From NCBI GenBank assembly GCA_002506025.1, contig DAWS01000084.1, forward strand, positions 1-28,616: a DNA stretch of 28,616 nucleotides, read 5' to 3'. This DNA is from Euryarchaeota archaeon UBA111. Its GTDB lineage: Archaea > Thermoplasmatota > Poseidoniia > Poseidoniales > Poseidoniaceae. Shown here one piece after another: positions 25,516 to 28,616 of the stretch. The translations under genes were made by a program, and so were the position numbers. The stretch's first letter is position 1; every line of letters begins with the position of its first letter. Below the pieces are notes generated by a model, which was given only the letters and a program-made list of their open reading frames with translations, did not search any database and was not told where the DNA came from.

Positions 25516-26276
25516 TACCCGCACAACTCAGTCCAATTATTAATGTTAGAATAATGTTGAGCGAGGTATGCAATTAGTTTAGGCAAAATTGTAGCTTCAG
25601 CGGATCCGACTTTTTCGCCGTCAATAGTCACGATGTGACATGTGCCGATGCCGACACCTACCGCGATTAACTCTGAGCAGCGAGCGATAAGACGCTCGTT
25701 CAATCTCGCATAGTTGACTGGTATGCCTTCAGCGGTTAAGTATGGTATTAACACTTCAAGAGTAATACCTCTAACTGCATCCTGGCTGTTACTAAGATAT
25801 GCAACACCATCTTCATCAATCACTATCATGCTCGCTCTATCACTATCAATAACGCAATACTGGTCAATAAGTAAGGCGATGTCAGCACCATTTTCTTCAG
25901 CGGTAGCTTTTGCATCTCGATAGGGTTGCCAATCTCCGTGTTTAGTCCCCGTGACTGCTCCCAACCACTTCTTTAACGGCAGAGTTACTGCATGCATCTC
26001 GCAATTTCTTAATCTTGGTAGTGGTCTAGGAGTCAGTCTAACTTTATCATCCTCGCAATTATAGGTGATATTTAGCAACTGAATCTCATCAGATTGTTGG
26101 CCGTCCTGGATGATAATCTGCTCGGATATTCTGTCAACAAAATCTTCAGGCAAATCAATTCTTAGTCTCTCAGCATGACTTCTCAAGCGGTGAAGATGTT
26201 GGTTGAAATCGGCAATTTTAGTACCACCATCCCATAAAACAGTAGTGAATACCGCACTTCTAGGCTTGTTAGCCAT
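25515..26276 (-). CDS. pabC: Aminotransferase class IV family protein, probable 4-amino-4-deoxychorismate lyase
   Basis: Motifs 'VFTTVLW', 'HLHRLRSHA', PLP Lys in 'GTKHGDW', and 'VRGITL'. It is translationally coupled to pabB-pabA. Confidence 0.72.
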   Translation of the reverse strand: MANKPRSAVFTTVLWDGGTKIADFNQHLHRLRSHAERLRIDLPEDFVDRISEQIIIQDGQQSDEIQLLNITYNCEDDKVRLTPRPLPRLRNCEMHAVTLPLKKWLGAVTGTKHGDWQPYRDAKATAEENGADIALLIDQYCVIDSDRASMIVIDEDGVAYLSNSQDAVRGITLEVLIPYLTAEGIPVNYARLNERLIARCSELIAVGVGIGTCHIVTIDGEKVGSAEATILPKLIAYLAQHYSNINNWTELCG

Positions 26277-26285
26277 TTCAAAACC

Positions 26286-28616
26286 TCACAATAAATCATC
26301 TAAGAAAGAAGTATCAATACTTGGCTTTTGAGTCTCTTTGTTGTCATTCAATTCATTCAGTAAGGCATTATTCTGTGGTTGAAGAACAGGCTGTTGTGGT
26401 TGATAGGCAGGTCGCTGGTAGGCTTGATTATTGTCAATTCTTTGCGCCGCTGCGTAAATGTCATTCTCAGCCTGAGGAGAGATTTGCGGCGGTGGCGCTA
26501 CAGGTGCAACTGCACCAAATCCAGGAGTATCATCCCATCCAAGATCGTCTTGAATTCCCCATGTAGCTTCTTGAAGCTCCCAGTTCTTATTGCGCACACG
26601 CTTGTTGTTTCTCGTTCTGACAATAGCAACTAACAGGAATACTGCGATTAGTAATAATCCGGCAGCAAGTAAATTCGGGGTAGTCAGCAATGCAGTGAAG
26701 TCAGTGTTTTCTTCTTCCCCAAGGTTAGAATCGCCGCCCGATTGGGCAGGGGGCAAAACCTCGACAGGTTGTACATCTACTCTTGTTCTATCATCATCAA
26801 ACGGTGAGACTGCAATATACCAAGTTGTCAAATTGTCTAAATCTTCAAACACGTCACTAGTAATGAGGAAGTTAGTCGAGGCTCTAACTTCGCCAACCTC
26901 CGTATAAGCGGTTATCTGAGTAAGGCCCTCGTAACCAATGTAGATTTTGTAGCCACGAACCTCACCAGAATTTGTGCCGCTCCACGTCACCAATATGCCA
27001 ACATCATTCCAAACAGCTTGTAGGTCCTCAACTGGAGCCATGTAGTCCCCAGAATCGTCAAATCCATCATCAACCGCTTGGCTAGAGACCACAGTCAAAT
27101 CATCCAGGTATGCATTGCCAGAGGTGTCAATAGCAACTACTGCAACCCATATCTCCATGCCTGGCAAGACAGGGAGGTCGCCCATCACCTCCTTAATTTC
27201 CAGAGGCAAATCAGGTGTTCTATCTAGTGATGCTATTGGTATGCTTGGCCCACCGCTGCCGGGAGCAACACTGGAAAAATCAGTGGATGATGCGTAGACC
27301 TCATAGCTACCAATATCGCTTGCCTGACTTAATTCAAATGTCAGTAATAGAGCACTTCCATCATCATTCGGCCGGTCAAATAACTCAAGGTCAGACAGTC
27401 TTTCAGGAGGCTCGGTATCAGCCAAGTTGTTGATTGGAATTACGCTTGCTTGGGGCAATGATGTCAGGTGTACATTGCCCTTGATGTCGTGGACAGTAAC
27501 GGTAACAAATAACTCGATGTCGGGCCGAATTAATTGTGGCGTTGCCATCGTAATATCCATCATACCGCCAGGTGGACTGTATAATGCAGTAGAAATCGGC
27601 AGTTCTATTGGGTTTCTATCCTCATCAATCCACTGCTTATTTATCATCAAGCATCCACATTTGTCGGGGTCGTCACCAAACGCAGCCCATGCTGCGCTTA
27701 AGTCAGTAACTGGTTGGTCGGCAACCCAGACAATATAGTGCGAAAAATCATCTGCGGTAGAAATAGTCCAGACTACATCAATCGCAGTACCATCGTCTTC
27801 TGGACGGTCAAATGCGTTTACTGAGGTTATGCGATCTGGAGTCCCGCCACTGCCAATCGAATTCCTCAGTGGGGTTGCTGAGACTACATCAACATCGATA
27901 AGATCGACATTTAGCCAGTCATCATAAGCAACTACTGCAAATAAATACGGTTGCCCATCGATCAGGCCCTGACCGTCAAACTCGTCTACGATTGCGGTGG
28001 TTGTGCTGCAGTCATCAATTATTACCGCCCGGGAGAATCCGTTGTCAGGAAGCGATTGAATGACAGTAATTGAAGGAGAACCATCGTCTAACTTGACCCA
28101 TACAGCATAGAATGTGCAGTCATCGGCTGTACTCTCATCCCAAGAGATAGTGACTCTTCCACCATCATCGTCTGGTGTGTCAATAGCGCTGACGTTTTCT
28201 AGTCTTGGTGGTGGAGTAAGGTCATTAAGTCCACCGGTTGGGACTACTGGGCCAATAACAAACGGATTCATAATGTCCTCCTGTTCAGTAAGATCGACAC
28301 AGGTTAACCCAATCCAATATGGTCTGCCAGCGTCTAATTGGATGATTGTAGTGTTGCCTTCAGTCGGTGGTAGTTCAACAACGGGGGTTAATCCCAGCAC
28401 ATCACTAAATTCAACAGTTGAGGCGTATATCTTGGTGCTCTTGAGGTCTAACGACGTGCATCTAGCCCACTCGATTTCTAAATCACCGTCCTCGCCACCT
28501 TCATGAGGACCAGCACTAGCCCAAATTGGCGATAGTGGTATTTCATTTGTTGGCGATGCCGGACCGATTTGTGGAGATGGTGTGCCGAGTCTTCCATCGT
28601 CATATTCCACGACAAT
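26286..28616 (-). CDS. 5'-partial large acidic cell-surface protein with FN3-like repeated modules, single C-terminal TM anchor and Q/P-rich cytoplasmic tail
   Basis: The frame is open to the window edge. It is Asp-rich, with repeated 'P..l..v.a.D(T/R)PxDDG....v.W' modules, a TM helix 'LLAAGLLLIAVFLLVAIV' followed by basic residues, and a tail ending 'IDTSFLDDLL'. Confidence 0.85.
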   Translation of the reverse strand: MVVEYDDGRLGTPSPQIGPASPTNEIPLSPIWASAGPHEGGEDGDLEIEWARCTSLDLKSTKIYASTVEFSDVLGLTPVVELPPTEGNTTIIQLDAGRPYWIGLTCVDLTEQEDIMNPFVIGPVVPTGGLNDLTPPPRLENVSAIDTPDDDGGRVTISWDESTADDCTFYAVWVKLDDGSPSITVIQSLPDNGFSRAVIIDDCSTTTAIVDEFDGQGLIDGQPYLFAVVAYDDWLNVDLIDVDVVSATPLRNSIGSGGTPDRITSVNAFDRPEDDGTAIDVVWTISTADDFSHYIVWVADQPVTDLSAAWAAFGDDPDKCGCLMINKQWIDEDRNPIELPISTALYSPPGGMMDITMATPQLIRPDIELFVTVTVHDIKGNVHLTSLPQASVIPINNLADTEPPERLSDLELFDRPNDDGSALLLTFELSQASDIGSYEVYASSTDFSSVAPGSGGPSIPIASLDRTPDLPLEIKEVMGDLPVLPGMEIWVAVVAIDTSGNAYLDDLTVVSSQAVDDGFDDSGDYMAPVEDLQAVWNDVGILVTWSGTNSGEVRGYKIYIGYEGLTQITAYTEVGEVRASTNFLITSDVFEDLDNLTTWYIAVSPFDDDRTRVDVQPVEVLPPAQSGGDSNLGEEENTDFTALLTTPNLLAAGLLLIAVFLLVAIVRTRNNKRVRNKNWELQEATWGIQDDLGWDDTPGFGAVAPVAPPPQISPQAENDIYAAAQRIDNNQAYQRPAYQPQQPVLQPQNNALLNELNDNKETQKPSIDTSFLDDLL
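27354..28181 (-). repeat. Three protein-level repeat signatures D-x-P-x-D-D-G (DTPDDDGG, DRPEDDGT, DRPNDDGS)
   Basis: The motifs start at 28181, 27809 and 27377 on the minus strand, spaced 124 and 144 codons apart. Each is preceded by P-x-R-(L/I). Confidence 0.8.

Noticed and set aside
26321-28506. + strand ORFs antisense to the surface protein (e.g. 26590-26907, 27427-27738, 28114-28506)
   Set aside because: They are nested opposite a 774+ aa coherent repeat protein and have no independent motifs or ribosome-binding sites.

Overview
A gene-dense archaeal chromosomal window. Archaeal markers are Pth2-type peptidyl-tRNA hydrolases, the radical-SAM archaeosine synthase beta subunit, an archaeal-type YchF GTPase, a PGF-CTERM sorting signal and AGGTGA/AGGAGG ribosome-binding sites. 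Gene style suggests Marine Group II Euryarchaeota (Poseidoniales), which is an inference. Left to right: a partial DUF4430-like gene and a CbrT-like ECF S component (B12 uptake), two tandem pth2 paralogues, ltaE, a secreted CXXC protein with PGF-CTERM, an AddB/AddA-like helicase-nuclease pair, a SAM methyltransferase, a DsrE-family protein divergent from a COG0523/CobW GTPase and a Cys-rich ferredoxin-like gene, pip, a coiled-coil protein, psd, RaSEA, a small membrane protein, a large heme-copper-oxidase-like membrane protein, ychF, a Zn-finger membrane protein, a PabB-PabA fusion with PabC, and a partial large acidic surface protein with repeats. The most striking element is the oxidase-like protein: it appears to lack all metal-ligand histidines, carries two EF-hands and a C-terminal HeH/Rho-N-like domain, and lies with a small membrane partner gene behind a perfect palindrome. 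I saw no rRNA, tRNA, CRISPR array or mobile element. All family assignments come from motifs read by eye, and no database search was run.
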